Assembly: GCA_038496445.1 (NCBI GenBank)
Contig: JALMLS010000027.1
Coordinates: forward strand, 124,001 to 188,000
Length of the DNA stretch: 64,000 nt
Reading direction: 5' to 3'
Source of the DNA: Trichosphaerium sp. ATCC 40318
Lineage: Eukaryota; Protista; Tubulinea
Positions within the stretch are counted from its first letter, which is position 1. Each line of letters starts with the position of its first letter. Of this stretch, positions 50,220 through 63,700 are shown in pieces. The notes below the pieces were generated by a model. The model worked only from the letters and a program-made list of their open reading frames with translations, made no database searches and was not told the DNA's origin. The position numbers and the translations under genes were made by a program.

Positions 50220-53049
50220 CTAGTTGACAAAAGGTGACATGTCATTAGTCGGTAAATGAGGTAAAACATCAGAGAATAGCGTGTCAATTTCTCCAGGTGT
50301 TTCAGTAAATCCAACATCCAAAAATTCATTAAATATATTCGGTGGGTCTAAAAAGAATAAGAGAGGTAAAAGAGGGAAACCAACTGAATTAAAAAAAAAA
50401 ACCAAAATGATGTTTTTAGTAAAAACACGTGCCAAAGAATAAATCGTTTGTGGTGTTTTCTGGTTGTGGTAAGAACAATGATTCGTGTCTTTCAGCGACG
50501 GCTTCAGCATGTATTTGTATTGGAGAAGGTTGATGGTTCGTGATTGTAAGAGGTGCTAGCATAAGAGTCAAAAAACGTTTTTGGTTTTTTTTTGATGATG
50601 AGCCTCATATTTGTAAAATAATGGTTGGTGACGTACGTGATGTGAATTGTTTCTGAACAGTAAAATCTGTTGATATTACATTATTATGTGCAGTACTAGG
50701 TGTAACTGAAATACCACCAAAGTCTTCACTTGTAGAATCAGTTGTAGAAGGTGAAGGTGCTTCAAAATTAGGTTCTGGTTGAATACTTTGCATCTAATTC
50801 AAAACAAGTCAGAAAAAAAAACTAACAAGTTTTTTGAGTAAGACTGAATACGTACAACTGCGAGTACGTGTTTGGCGATACCATACGTCTGACTCAATAT
50901 TTTCAATGAGGTGACATCTCTTGATTTCCAATCACTAGCGTTACAGGCAGTATGCACCTAAGAGTCATGTTAATAGGAGTACAAAAGAAAAGAAGAGAAA
51001 CTTACCAAATGAGCGTTTTTGAGAGCGAATGCTGTGAATGGAGAAGCTGAAGCTACACGTGCTTCTATCGATACTGTGACGGTATTGGCAGCCTTTAAAC
51101 TCAATAAGTAATCGTGAACAAAAATCACAAATAAGGATAAAAAAAAGCTCCAAACAGCATTATACCTCTTGTGCTTCAACCAAGTTTCCTGCTACCAATT
51201 CCATATGAGCTAATATACCAAAATAGAAGGGAGAACAATCAAACCAAGCAATAGAATCGTGTAATTGTTTGGCCTCTTCTTTCCAAGTCTACAAAAACAG
51301 TCAAACCCTCTTAAAACGTTGCTACAATAGAAACAAGTACACATAGTAGGTCCTTGTTATCAACCGCACTGAATTTTCCAGCAAAGCTAGTCTACAAAAA
51401 ACTTAAAAAAGTGTCTACGCGCGTAAATGTATAAAGAGGATGAAAAAAAAGGCCACTACGCGTACCTCCAGACTCATCATTAACGTTAGCGTGATGAGGG
51501 TGAATTGTTTATCCCTTGTTGTTGGCGTGCTTCCAGAACGCTCTTTGATTTCGTTTTTAAACTTCATAAGTACGCACAGACTCTGTTTAAATACAAGGGG
51601 AGACATGCTACTGAATGAATTAGCTTGCCCAAAGCTTAGTCGACAAGCTACGGTGATCAACTCTTCTTTGGAACCTATCGGAGAATTAAACCTTACTTTT
51701 GCTGATCCCACATGATGATTCCTTGGACGTTGAAGGAAAAAACCAATGAACAAAAATACCATTCCACCGAATGCCATTTTTGATTTTTTTTTACTTGTTG
51801 AAATGAAGTTCCATTTTGCGTACCACGTTGAAGACCTCTTGCACGAGTTAAATATGCGCACATAGCGTCTGCTACGCCAAGGTAGTTCATTGTAGATTTA
51901 AAATCACAATTAGCTAAGGTGTAGAACGATAAACAGCATAAACCAGCTAAGAACAACACCATTAGTAAATGCCATTGGTGAACCGGAAAAAAAAAATTGC
52001 CGACGAAATGTAGATGAAATTTATTGCCCTGTTTAGATGTAGTAGTACCTGCAGTCTGAAAGTTTGGGCTATCAATCAACTGATCAGCTAAACTCTTAGC
52101 GATAGATGCGAACTCATTAGCTTTTGCAGTATCTCTAGCCACTAATGCCCCATTCGCTAATTCTGCGTATATTGTCATTGCCTCTGGTGTAGCTAAGCTA
52201 GTATAAGCCACATGTGATGATAGAAGTCGAGTGGTCTTAATTTTATTTCTTTTTTTTGGTCATGTGACGTGACAGTAAAATTGTACCTTTTCTGGACACA
52301 ATTTCATCGATTGCTATCTCTGGCATTGGTGGTTTTACCACTGGAAAGAAGGCAGTACCTTGCGCCTAGATAATGTTAGCAATGTTTTGGCATAGTAAAT
52401 ATAAGAAACCGTACCCGAGCTAAAAAGTTATACACTTCAGAAGCCAAGTTCTACAAGAAAAAAAAAAGGTTAACAAAAAAGGGAGAGGTTACCGGCAAAT
52501 ATGGGTCCCCAAAACTTACTAAGCGCATTTGTGATGGTTGAGATATATTAGTCATAGGTTGTGGCGTTTGTTGCATTATTTGTGGGCCTCCGATGATTAA
52601 TTGATTTGTCGGTGTTGGAGATGTAGTTGTTTGTTCTTCTGTTTTATCTCCAATAGCTACAGCGAGTTGTTGTTTGTATGTATCAGTTATTTGTTGTTGT
52701 TCAATTAATGCCTGCTCAAGCGCTGTAATACGTGATTCTAGGACTTTTCTGGCGCCTAAGCCAACGTTACTCGGGAAGCCACAAAACGGTGTGTTGTGAT
52801 GTGAAATTACCTCTGCGCGGTCCCCTTTTCCGTAATTCAACATAACTACACGAGAGTCGATTTCTGGCGCAGTTTCCTGTGGCTGTAAGTACAATGAAAG
52901 CGGAAGAGGATTTCTCCTTTTAACAGATACACACCACAACAAGGACTCTTCCTATCGCATTTTTCGTGTCTTCTTCTACAATTTGTACAAGACATGCTCA
53001 TTACCGAGTCATCATCTTTATCTACGCGCTGGCGCTTAGAGGCTTGCAT
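50220..53049 (-). CDS. Zn(II)2Cys6 (GAL4-type) transcription factor
   Basis: After removing one intron: CTNCRRRHEKCDRKSPCCGNCARNRLSCSYVELRKRGPR, dimerisation coil LESRITALEQAL, helical middle region, acidic/hydrophobic C-terminus. Confidence 0.9.
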
Positions 53050-53147
53050 AGTGAGGTGCTTGGCGTTAATTGAATTGTCCGAGTCAGAATACCATTGACA
53101 AATCTCGGAAATATTACTAAAACAAGGAATCTAGAAGGCAGTAGCAA

Positions 53148-53830
53148 TGGGCGAATTAATTTCAAGCTCAGAAGTAGCAAAACTCAAAGTAAGTCCTTAC
53201 AAACTTTCTTATCTATCTAACGTATGCTTGGTAGCTTAAAGAGCTCGTTCAAAACGATTTGGAAGCATCCTCAACTGTTCTGGTCGTGCAGCAAATTTTT
53301 GATGCTTTTAGCGGGTATTACAAGCTAGACGAGAATCTATGCACTAAATCGACGCGGTACATACCCCATAAAATGATTTATCGAGCTGACAGTCAATTTT
53401 AGCCATTCATTATGTATAACTATAGGTCATGCACTGCACGTTCGTTTCCCACATAAAGGACAAACTCCCAAGAAATATTTATGCCGCTTCAAAATTACAT
53501 CGCGCTACTATCGTGCGTAATTCAAAAAAAGTCTGCATTAACCACTTTTGTTTCAAAATTTTTCAATCTAACATGGAACAAAACTCATACAAATTAGCAC
53601 ATGTAACGAAATTAAGGACTCCAAGGCCTTACAATACAAAAAACAGGACTAAAACAAACACACAAAAAAGCAAGCCTTCACAACCTAAAATATCCACATC
53701 AGCAGCAAGAGACAAACACCAACGTAAACCACCTGAGAAAGTTAGACAAGCAGCAACTGTAAACTGGTTTGGCACTAACGTGGATATAACAAACAACCAC
53801 CTCATGTTCTCAACAAACAAAGGATTTTAA
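53148..53830 (+). CDS. Possible small spliced gene, structure unresolved
   Basis: ATG at 53148, GTAAGT donor at ~53189 and an in-phase second exon (LKELVQNDLEASS..). Downstream exon phases are ambiguous. Confidence 0.3.
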
Positions 53831-54153
53831 ACAGACAAACCAGTGTTTTACCAGAGAACTTGTACATAATGAAATTGGTCACTCTTATTTTGACATTAAT
53901 AATTGCCACAAAAACCTGGGCAGCTTATGAAATATTTTGTACAAAGTAACAAGCAAAATAAAGTTGGTTGACGTTTTTTTTGGTTGAATAAGAACGACTT
54001 TCAGTAAGTTTCGCACAAATCAACTTGTCACGTGATAGTTGATTAAGTGTATTGTTCAAAGCTTTGCTGAATAAATAAAGTACTGTTATTTAATTGTAGA
54101 GCTATGTACATATGAGAAGAGGTTTCCCTGGGCCTGACACCCAAGGCAAGCAT

Positions 54154-55138
54154 CTAAAGGCGTCTGGTTGTAATTGCTTCAGGATCAAAATGTTCAGGCC
54201 CTCCACCCCGTTCTTTATCTCCTGCTTTGATGTTATTTTCTATCGTCATCATTCCTCTGCTTGCTTGTCTATTAATTTGCGATGAAGCATAGGCATAACT
54301 TCCAAATCCTAGAGCAACAACTAAAGCAACTAGTGCGTATCCCATAAAGTTTTGCCTTTGCCAATGCACAGATCCTTTTTTAAGCCGTTCTCTATTTCTC
54401 TCAACACGCTCTTTATAAGCTTTAGGGTTATATATATGATCGAATTCGGCTACAAAGCATGAGCCGGCAGTGCTAATAGTTATAACGAGATTTGTACGCA
54501 CGGCCTGGTGTCCATCCCCATTTCCCAGCAAAATCATTCATGTCAGCTTCTTCTCCGCCTTCCCGAAAAGCTTGTTCTTTTTCCCTCTCACGTGCCTTTA
54601 AACGTCATCAGTATGTAAAAGATTAAAAAATATTACCCTCCAAGCTTTGTACTGTTCTGAGCGTTGCTTCCACTTTGGTCTACCACCTCTATCCTCCTCC
54701 ATTTGCTCTTGGTATGATTTCTTTTTATCCGCATTGTACAACTAACACATCATTTACCACTTCTGTAAATGACAACCAAAAGGGGCGCTACCTGTTCAAA
54801 AGCTTGTTTCACTTTTGTAAACTTCTTGGCTGCATCAGGATCATCAGGGTTTTTATCAGGGTGACACTCCAACGCCCTCTAAATATAGTTTAGTGAAAGA
54901 TAGTCTCAACGAAGAGTTGTACTTTTTTAAATGCCGCTTTGAGTTCTTGTTTGGTTGCATTTGTATCTACACCTAATATTTTATGCGCGTCTGGGATGTG
55001 TGAGCAAAATCTAACGCCTAAGACGTTGAACCGATTTCTTTTACGATAAGTCGGCGTTTGGGGCGTTACAGGGCGCAAGACGGTGTTTTGTACCCGTTTT
55101 GCGTGCCAGTGCTTTGTTTGAACACTATTCACCGACAT
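54154..55138 (-). CDS. DnaJ (J-domain) protein with C-terminal TM, likely mitochondrial
   Basis: AHKILGVDTNATKQELKAAFKK..ALECHPDKNPDDPDAAKKF. Basic, Arg-rich N-terminus. TM FMGYALVALVVALGFGSYAY. Confidence 0.88.
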
Positions 55139-55363
55139 TCTCGTTATTCTACGCGAAATAAGCTATGGTAGTACTTTTTAACCAACCTGTGCAATATCAT
55201 TGTGGTTGGGGTAAGAAAGTATCTCCGTTAATTCTCTTAAGTGTTTACAACGTAATCTATACAAGTGACATTCCACGCTGGCAATAAAAGACCGTTTACA
55301 AAGTTTTTTTTAAGTTAACGTTTGCTTAACATCCGCAAATTTCTGTGTCAGCTCGTCGCAGAC

Positions 55364-58300
55364 ATGTCCCTGTGGTCTTCTGCACGCCATGCGGACCAAC
55401 GTGGGGATTCAGAGGAACGCTCTTCGAGTTCTGGATCTACAAGAGGCAGAGTGCGTGTCAATTCAATAATTGTTGTTTATAAATGGTTAAAAACGCCAAA
55501 CTACAACCTATAGCTAAATCTGATTATTTGATTAGACGAGGCGAGGTACACCATCATTAGATTCCTTAAAGGAACAAATACAGCAGGAGGTAAGCAGGCG
55601 CACACAAGTGTTTAAATCCCTTTTTTTGGTGGAAGCATAAATAAGTCGATTTTAGAAGGAAGAAGACAGCTGTTCTAGTCTTACACTCGGTACGTTTAAT
55701 AACTCTCGCCCTAAAAACGCCCATCCCACCTCCAACCGTTAATTTATTTACAAAATATGCGTGCTACACACTGAACAAAAGTAGAATGAGTTTTGTAGGT
55801 GAAGCACGTGCACTCAAACGACATTTCAACTGTTTTTGCTCCCTCAAAAAAAAGCACACCTAAAATATCGTAAAGGTGCAGTAGTGGAAGTCACTATTTG
55901 GAGTAACCTCTTTTTATGCGCTACAAATTATTACTAACAGCGCTTTTTTCTGTTATTGGTGGTAGTGGTGAGGGTGGACATAATCTTTTTTTCAAACAAA
56001 GCTTTTTTTGGTTGTTTTTAGTAACCGCTTGTAGGCCACAGTAGAGTACAAAAATCGCCAAGCAGAAGTCCACGCATGCGACGGAAAAAGAAAAATCACC
56101 ACCACAAACATAAACATCGCAAACATAAACCCAAACCAACAACAACAAAGGATGAAGCGATAAGTGAAACAGAACTGTATGAACCCAAACTAAGCATAAA
56201 TTATCTGTTTTTTTGTAACACTCAACAGGATTATACAACCACGTTCCAAAAAGCGTAAAGAGACTGAAACAAAGCGTCGAAGTTGGAGTTCATCATTTGT
56301 ACGTCTTTTTTATATTTTTGCCCTTTTAAAATACGTCACAGGTTTCAGAAGAAGAGAGAACTAAGCGCAAGACTTCACTTGTGCGAACTCGGTCTCAAGA
56401 TAGGCTACAATCATTTGGTATAAACGTTGACTCGTACAACAATATGCACAACATCAAATCATCGAAAGATTCATCAAAACCTACGAAACGTGCCCGAGGA
56501 GGACGTGTAAGTTGAACAACCAATAAGATAAAAAATTTTGAACACGTGATTAATCACGTGTTAGAAAAGAGGAAGTAATTGTATAGAGAGGATCAAAACA
56601 AGCACTAACCGTGAGATTGTGACACGAGGTACTCTGGAAGCGTTAATAGCTGAACTTGCTGGAAGAAACTTTCAAGGTATTCGACTTTCTGCTCTCCTTC
56701 CTTTAACTGTTTTGGTTTAGACGTACATTACGTTCAAGAGTTTCTATTCACTCACGACTACTTCATAAAACCTGTGACGCTTTTAAAGTTGCTTGTAAGA
56801 CGATACGAGAAGCACTCAAGAGGAAAGAAGGTCTTGAAAAGCAAAAAAAATACTTTTGACTATGAGATATTTATACAACTTCGGTGCGTATGACGTGTAG
56901 GACTTTTGGTTTCGATAGTAATACTACGATAACGCATAATCTGACGCTATACAAAAGGATTGTGAATGTTCTGAAGAGATGGATAGAGTTTAAATACGAG
57001 GATTTGAAGCATAATAAAGACTGGATGAATGTCATGCAGTACAAAATCTTTTTTTTGTTCACTCTTTATTTTCTTACCTAATAATATTACCCGTCAAGGA
57101 ACTTTATAAGAGGTTTAAAGAAGAGTAAAGTAGAGAATGAGAAGGAGTGGAGCGGTATTTTGCTTCGTCAAATGGTACGGAATAACAACAAAAAAAAAAC
57201 ACCGACAAAATTACTTAGTTTTTTTCTCGCCCCAACAAAGCTAACAGTACGTTCAGAGAGAGCACCACAAAATGTCGTATGGTAGTATTAACGAGATAAG
57301 AAAATCACCAAGAAAATCGCGAAAGAAACCAAGTACGCTACAGTTGACAGTCACCAAACAAGTATTTTTTGAGAATTTTTACTGTGAAAAACGTTCCAGT
57401 TGTGTTTTTTTTTGAGATACTTCAAGACTTATTTTTTTTTTCCGATTAGAGACTGTTCTAGAGATTTCTACACGTGCACTAGCCCACCACTTAACGCTGG
57501 CGGACCATATATTATTTAAAAAAGTTAAAATTTCAGAATTCTATCGTCAAGGATGGTTAGATATGACAAGTGAACGCTCAATGAACCTCAAAAAGTTTGT
57601 TGAACACTTTAATGAGGTAACAAATATTAACCTTTTTTTTTTTTTTGTGTTTCTTGTTTACCGCTCAAGTGTTTTTAACGTTGTCCTTTTCAAGGTGAGT
57701 TATTGGGTAGCTTCTCAGATTATATTAACAACGGCTGACCACAAGAATCGTGCTCTTGTTCTTTCTAAATTTGTTAGTGTAATGAAGGTACGTCTAGAGA
57801 TAATTATAAAATACTCACCACTGCAAACAGGTTTTCAGATCCACAAATAATTTTAATGGGATTATGCAAATTTTAGCTGCACTCAATTTTTCGAGTATTA
57901 GAAGACTTGATCGTACATGGAAGAGTGTTGGCCGTAGTGTAGTACAAGTAATTGAATATAAAATATGTAATGATTTACATTAACGGATATAGGCTGTGCA
58001 AGAGATGGAGTCGTTTATGAAGCAGGTACTTACAAAACACAAATTGTTGTTGAAAAGCTAACTAAGTTCATAGGATCATAACTATGCTGAATATCGCATA
58101 GTTCTGGCAGAAACATCTCCGCCGTATATTCCATTCATAGGACTTCATTTAAACGATATTGTATACGCAGGTAGGTTCATTTCATACCAACAATTTCATT
58201 TGTAATTTTCGAATAGAGTCTGTGATGAGCAGTAAAGGGATCGAAGACGATGACGGCTATATCAATTTCGACGATCTCAGGCGATTGGCGAAAGGTAAGT

Positions 58301-59026
58301 TTATTAATTGCTACTGTACTTACACGTGTAACTCTATTTTTAGCTTTGTTTATGTTACAACAATGCCAAAGGACTAATTTCAAATTTTCTGACGATGAAT
58401 ACATTTGGGAATACTTGGAGAAGAGTACAGTTCTTAGTGAAGAGGTCACGTGACTTTTATAAAAAACCTTTCTCTTAATATTAAATTAGGACTTGATGGT
58501 AGCTTCTCTAAATGCTGAGCAAAACAACAAAGCTAATGCACTTAAATCACAAACAAAACAATCAGTACAAAGAGTAAGCAAAACCCATCAATTACCAAAA
58601 CTAAAAGTTGTCTGTTTTATAGGCTGCTGGTGAACATAGAGTTACTCGTCATCTTAAAAATGTTAATATGCGTATATTGATGAACGGTGAGGTTGCAAAT
58701 ACGCTTGTGCCGCCAGAATCAAAAGTGGTAAAAAGACATACTTTGATAGTCATTTCTATGTTTTTTCTAATTGTTCTTAGTCTGTCTGTGCTCAGGACTT
58801 GACAGAATCTTCTGATGTATTAATGTCCCTTCCAAGAGCCGAGGTTGTCCGTTCTATAAGTAATCACGATTTTAATGAAATGCAATCAAAGCACAAAAAG
58901 CAAGCAGCCAAAAAGTTTAGTAGATCTGGTTTTGTACGCTCCAAACAGAATTGACACTTTACAACTTCAACTTGTGTTGACAATTATATTTAGAGAAAGT
59001 CATGGAATAAGCAAGGGGATTTTTGA
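55364..59026 (+). CDS. RasGEF (REM + CDC25)
   Basis: RGTLEALIAEL, YVQEFLFTHDYF, RIVNVLKRWI, LAHHLTLADH, FNEVSYWVASQI, NNFNGIMQI, PYIPFIGLHLNDI, GYINF. Confidence 0.9.
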
Positions 59027-59224
59027 TCATTATATTCTGGTCTTGGTGTAAGAAAAATACAACAAATCATTTGATAGGCTTCAAATCTAAAACATAAAAA
59101 AAAATGTAAACTACCTAAAAGTAAATAGTGTACATATTTACAAGAGCAACACGTGTACCTTAAAATCTTTCAAAGCACAAACAATAAAAAAATACGTGAT
59201 GGTATGTAAACGCGTAGATGTCAA

Positions 59225-60532
59225 ATGACAGAATCTGTGAATATCTGCCTTAACGAGATCAAGTACACCCAAATTACAAAAAAGAGGCACTGTAGGATGC
59301 AAAAGTCGCTACTGGAGTTTTTCAACTCCCCTACATCCTCACCAAATACCAAAAAAGTGATATCTCCTGTAAAACTTACTCGCACAGCTAGAAATTCCAT
59401 ACAACACACCATACACGCAGGTACATAATTTTTAAGCGCTGTAGATTCAACGGCTAGTTTTTTTTGCTGATTGCTACTCAACACCCTTTATTCTCTGTAT
59501 GCATCATCGCAAATCATTTAATATCGCGTGTACTTCAATTCCACTACAAGGTTCTAAAAAAACACTACAGACGCTACACTACAGCTTCCAAAAGAGATAC
59601 TGCTCGAAATATTCTCGTGTAGTGGACCAACAGTAATTTGCCGAGCTACTCAAGTGTGCCGTACATGGTTTTGGTTGATCAAAACCCACGAGACGTCTAT
59701 GTGGGCCGTTATGCTTACAGAGTACGCGCTGTGTCACTCAAGAGAATACAACGAGCTCATAGAACGTCCGTTATCAAGTACGTTTACTTGCTCGCTATTT
59801 CCATCAATTCACACTTGTACAAGGTCTAAATGGTATAGAGAAGGTTGCTATACAAAAGTTGTGGTGGGAGAATCACCCACAAGCACATATCAGCCCAATT
59901 GATTTCGTACGTTATTTCGGACGTTAGGAAAATATTTTTTCGTTCCTTTTATCAAGCCCGTTGTAATGACTATATCCAGTGGCCTGTACTTACTGTTGAC
60001 ACACTATCGCGCTTATGGCTTAAATTAACGGGCACACGAAAAGAAAGGATGTGGAGAAACCTCTCACAGGTATAACCAATTATTTACCATTTTAACACAT
60101 TTCTCACGCGTAGAAACCCATGCAGCGCTGTTTTTGCTAATTGTTTCCTTGTTAGAAGCAGCGTCTACAGATTCTGGACTGCAATAGAGGCATATGTGCG
60201 CGTACAGTAAGTAGGAAAGCGTTCAGCATGAACCACAATCTACTGTGTGGTGCTGCTTGTTCTATTGCTCAGTGTATATGGGCAGAGGATAGACAACTTA
60301 GTTTAAGCGTATTGAAGGATCGTCTGGACGAGTGTAATGCTACATATTTCTTCTTGGAGGCACTTGATGACTTTTTATTTACTAAAGTTGTGCCTCTTTT
60401 GTCATTCTGGTACGCATTTTATTCTACTTGCAACTGTTTGAAGTCTTTGCATTAATTTTTTCGATTAGCTTACAGTACGATGAACGTATTAGACAACGAT
60501 ACCAAGTCTTGCTTCAAGAGCAACTCATGTAA
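59225..60532 (+). CDS. F-box protein with an N-terminal PIP-box-like motif
   Basis: Exon 1 has QKSLLEFF and three SP sites. Exon 2 has the F-box LQLPKEILLEIFSC..RATQVCRTW..SMW. Helical C-terminal region is unassigned. Confidence 0.75.
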
Positions 60533-60717
60533 TGATATGACGCGTAGTGTAGTAGTTAGTTAGTATGTAAAAAAAAGGTATTAATTTTGGTGAAGGCACA
60601 GCCATTGTGTAGTGAAGTGAATACGGTTTTAGGACAATACATTCTTTTTTTTTTTTTACTATTATTTTACAAAGGGGAGAAGCGTTTTTCGCAACGTAGT
60701 TCGAGGGTTTTTTTTTT

Positions 60718-63700
60718 TTAAACCACTTTGAAAATTTGTTCGTAAAAATCAATACAGTCCTTTACACATCCGTACTGTGCTCTCATATCCCTGAAGAGAA
60801 TCATTGGATTATCATTTGCAGATCTACAAAGTGTAGGTCCAAAAATAACACTAAGGTTGCTGCTTGTCATTTTGTTAACAGAAGCATTATCTGCCACTTC
60901 TCTTAAGAAAGATATAACCAACCAAAGTGTGTTTCTGTTGATTTCTGGTAATTTGTTTTGTACGTAGTCCTTTACTAATTTAACGCGAGCCTTAGCATCA
61001 GCGATTTCTAAGCCACACAAGATTAGTTTAAAAGAAAAAAAATCATGGACAAAAACACGTGACCTGTGGAAAAAATCACGTGTTTTTTTGTTTTTTTGGT
61101 AGAGTAGTTTAATTGGTTATTACGCACGTTGAGAAGCGATCCATTCATCATAAAGAGCAAAAGTAAGCAATGGTTCTGGTAGTTCTCTAAAATACAATTT
61201 TAAGCTGCTTGTAACTGTGTGTACATCTTCACGAAGATCTATACTAAAATCTAGATCATCTGTATAGCAGTTAGTGACATAGAGTTAAAAGACACTAAAT
61301 TGAGGTTATCAAACAACGTACCATTTGAGTTCCAAGCATCTTTAAGATCAAGCACGCATACATTCTCTCCAGAAATACGAAACACACCTTCTAGCATTGA
61401 CACATCTTTGATAAAGGGTGTTAAACAGCTTCTTTCTTTATTGACGTACTCGCGTTTCTCAGGAACTCCAAACACTTGTGAACAAAAGGTGGGATACTAG
61501 AGTCGAATCCACGCTCACGGCTACGCTTTACCTGAAACTTTAGGCTTGACCCAAATGTAAATTCTGAAACAAAAATTAATACAACATTACTTGTAGTGCT
61601 TAAATGTCAGTAACAAAAAACCTCTCACCTTTATGACTCGCTTTTGTTAAAGCTGAAATCCAGCTATCTCGTTCTTTGTTATCAGCAGCTGTAAAAATAA
61701 AAGTCTTTTCGCCATTCGACTACAAAGAAAGAAAAGTGTTAGCCAAAAAAAAAAAAGAAAACTTTAATTGAACGTGCTTACCACATCAAAAGCAAAGTCT
61801 TTATCAGTGTTGATATTAATACGCGTGTTAAGTACATTTATACTACCAATGGGTGTGCATTGCTAGAAAGAGGGGTTAGACAGGAGCTAGAATAATGAAA
61901 AAAACATTTTTCTGTTCATACATCAGGAGACTTTAAGAAATGAGCTTCTGTTCCCTTTAGCACCAACCACCTTCTTTTTACTGATTTTCTAACAGGTCCT
62001 TCTTTAAGAATCCACCCAGCTTTGTCAGGATTAGATATCTCAGGCTTCGCTGTTGGTGCTTCCTCAGGTTCTTCTCTACAAAAAAAATTAACGTAATCAT
62101 AACAAGTGCAATGCCCTTCGTACGGTGCGCCTGTAGGTTTATATGCTTTGTTAAGTCCCAAGTCCTGCTTCACCCTATCATACTCGCACAACGTAGAAGA
62201 TCGTCTACGCGCAATACCTTTGTTGCCAGGGACCTAAATGCTAGCTTAACACTTACAAGAAATTAAGTCGCGGTTTTTAATTAATTGTACCCAATGAGAG
62301 CTGTCATCTTCCAGGTTCAAAGGTACGTCCTGGTTTATTTTCATTGAGTGAACACGTAGATTTATAGCAGCTCCAGAAGGCCTTGCAACACGTTTACGGT
62401 TATAAAAACTTTTTCTACTCGGTCTTCTAGAGCGTTGAATGATATGTGCGACTTTGAAGAAAGAATCTAATATGATGAGTTTGATTTATCTGAAATTTCT
62501 TACCTCTGACGTTTTGACCCGTTTTCGCTGAAACCTCAAAGAAAGGACAATCAAAAAGCTCTGCAAGATCAGCACCTTCTTGTTTTGTTACTTGTCTGTC
62601 GTTTTCGCGCTCAACTGGATATGTATAAGCTTGTATTTGCTGATTTATGAATAAAGTGTACCTTGTGTAGCTATTATAACCATTGCAAGGTTCTCTCGCT
62701 CCGATACCGTCTTTATTATCTCTACAAAAGTTCGCAATAGATCGAAACTACTCTTCTTTGCTATGCTGTAACATAGAAGGTAACCAGATGCCCATGAGAA
62801 CCACTAAAGTTGTGTAAAAGATATTGAAAACAAGTGATAATGTTGTGCACATTAGAGTTTCTGTTGGTGTTTTTTTTTATTGAAACTTACCTGCTGGTGC
62901 TTATCAGAATGAGAAAAATCTGTACTGATGTCCAGAACATCCATCATAAGCGGTTCACGGCCACCAAGCTTGACTTCTTTGTAGTAATGCTTTTCTGAAA
63001 AAAAAATTAGTTCTTCATCGGAATCTTTGCTCCGAGAGCATACCAACAGAACCTTTTGTCCCTTCTGTGCGTTCGAAAAAATCATATCCCAACTTATCTA
63101 CAAGACCTGATTTTCCTGACTGACTACCAACCAGACACTACGAGAAAAAAAAAAGATTAATTTTCGAAGTATTTTTTTCGGACTTGGCCTTCTTTATCAA
63201 AAAAAAAAGTTACTTACAATTCTAAGCGTGCTTGGTGATACTCTATGATCAGCAGCCAAGAAATTTCTTCTCCTACGCCTACTTTTCGACTTTTTCTTTG
63301 TCTTTGTGTCCATGAGTGAAACTGTCTCATCAGGTTGAGTTTCTTTTGCTGGTTCCTCGAATATCTTCGAAACACCCTTTTGGAAGTCAGATAATTCCCG
63401 TAACAACGTGTCAAGATAATTATATTACTAAACAAGAACACATTGTCCCAACTTCAAAAAAAAATTGCCTTGTTTTCGAAAACACAAAAAAAAAAGATTA
63501 TTATGCAAGTACCGAATCTGAATGTGATCGCTTGCGCACGTGACCGTTTTCAGGTGTTTTTGAAGGTGCATTCTTTTCATCTTGTGTTTTTTCTTCACCT
63601 TTTTCGTTTGTGCCATTACTTTTATCACGTGTCGCCAAAGTAAATGACACACCTCCACCATTTGCTTCATTTTTTCTATCATTATTAAGTATACTTCCAT

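Noticed and set aside
54110-54156. GAAGAGG..GGGCCTGACA resembling part of vertebrate U6atac
   Set aside because: The essential AAGGAGAGAAGGTTAGC core is missing, and the segment abuts the DnaJ stop codon on the other strand.
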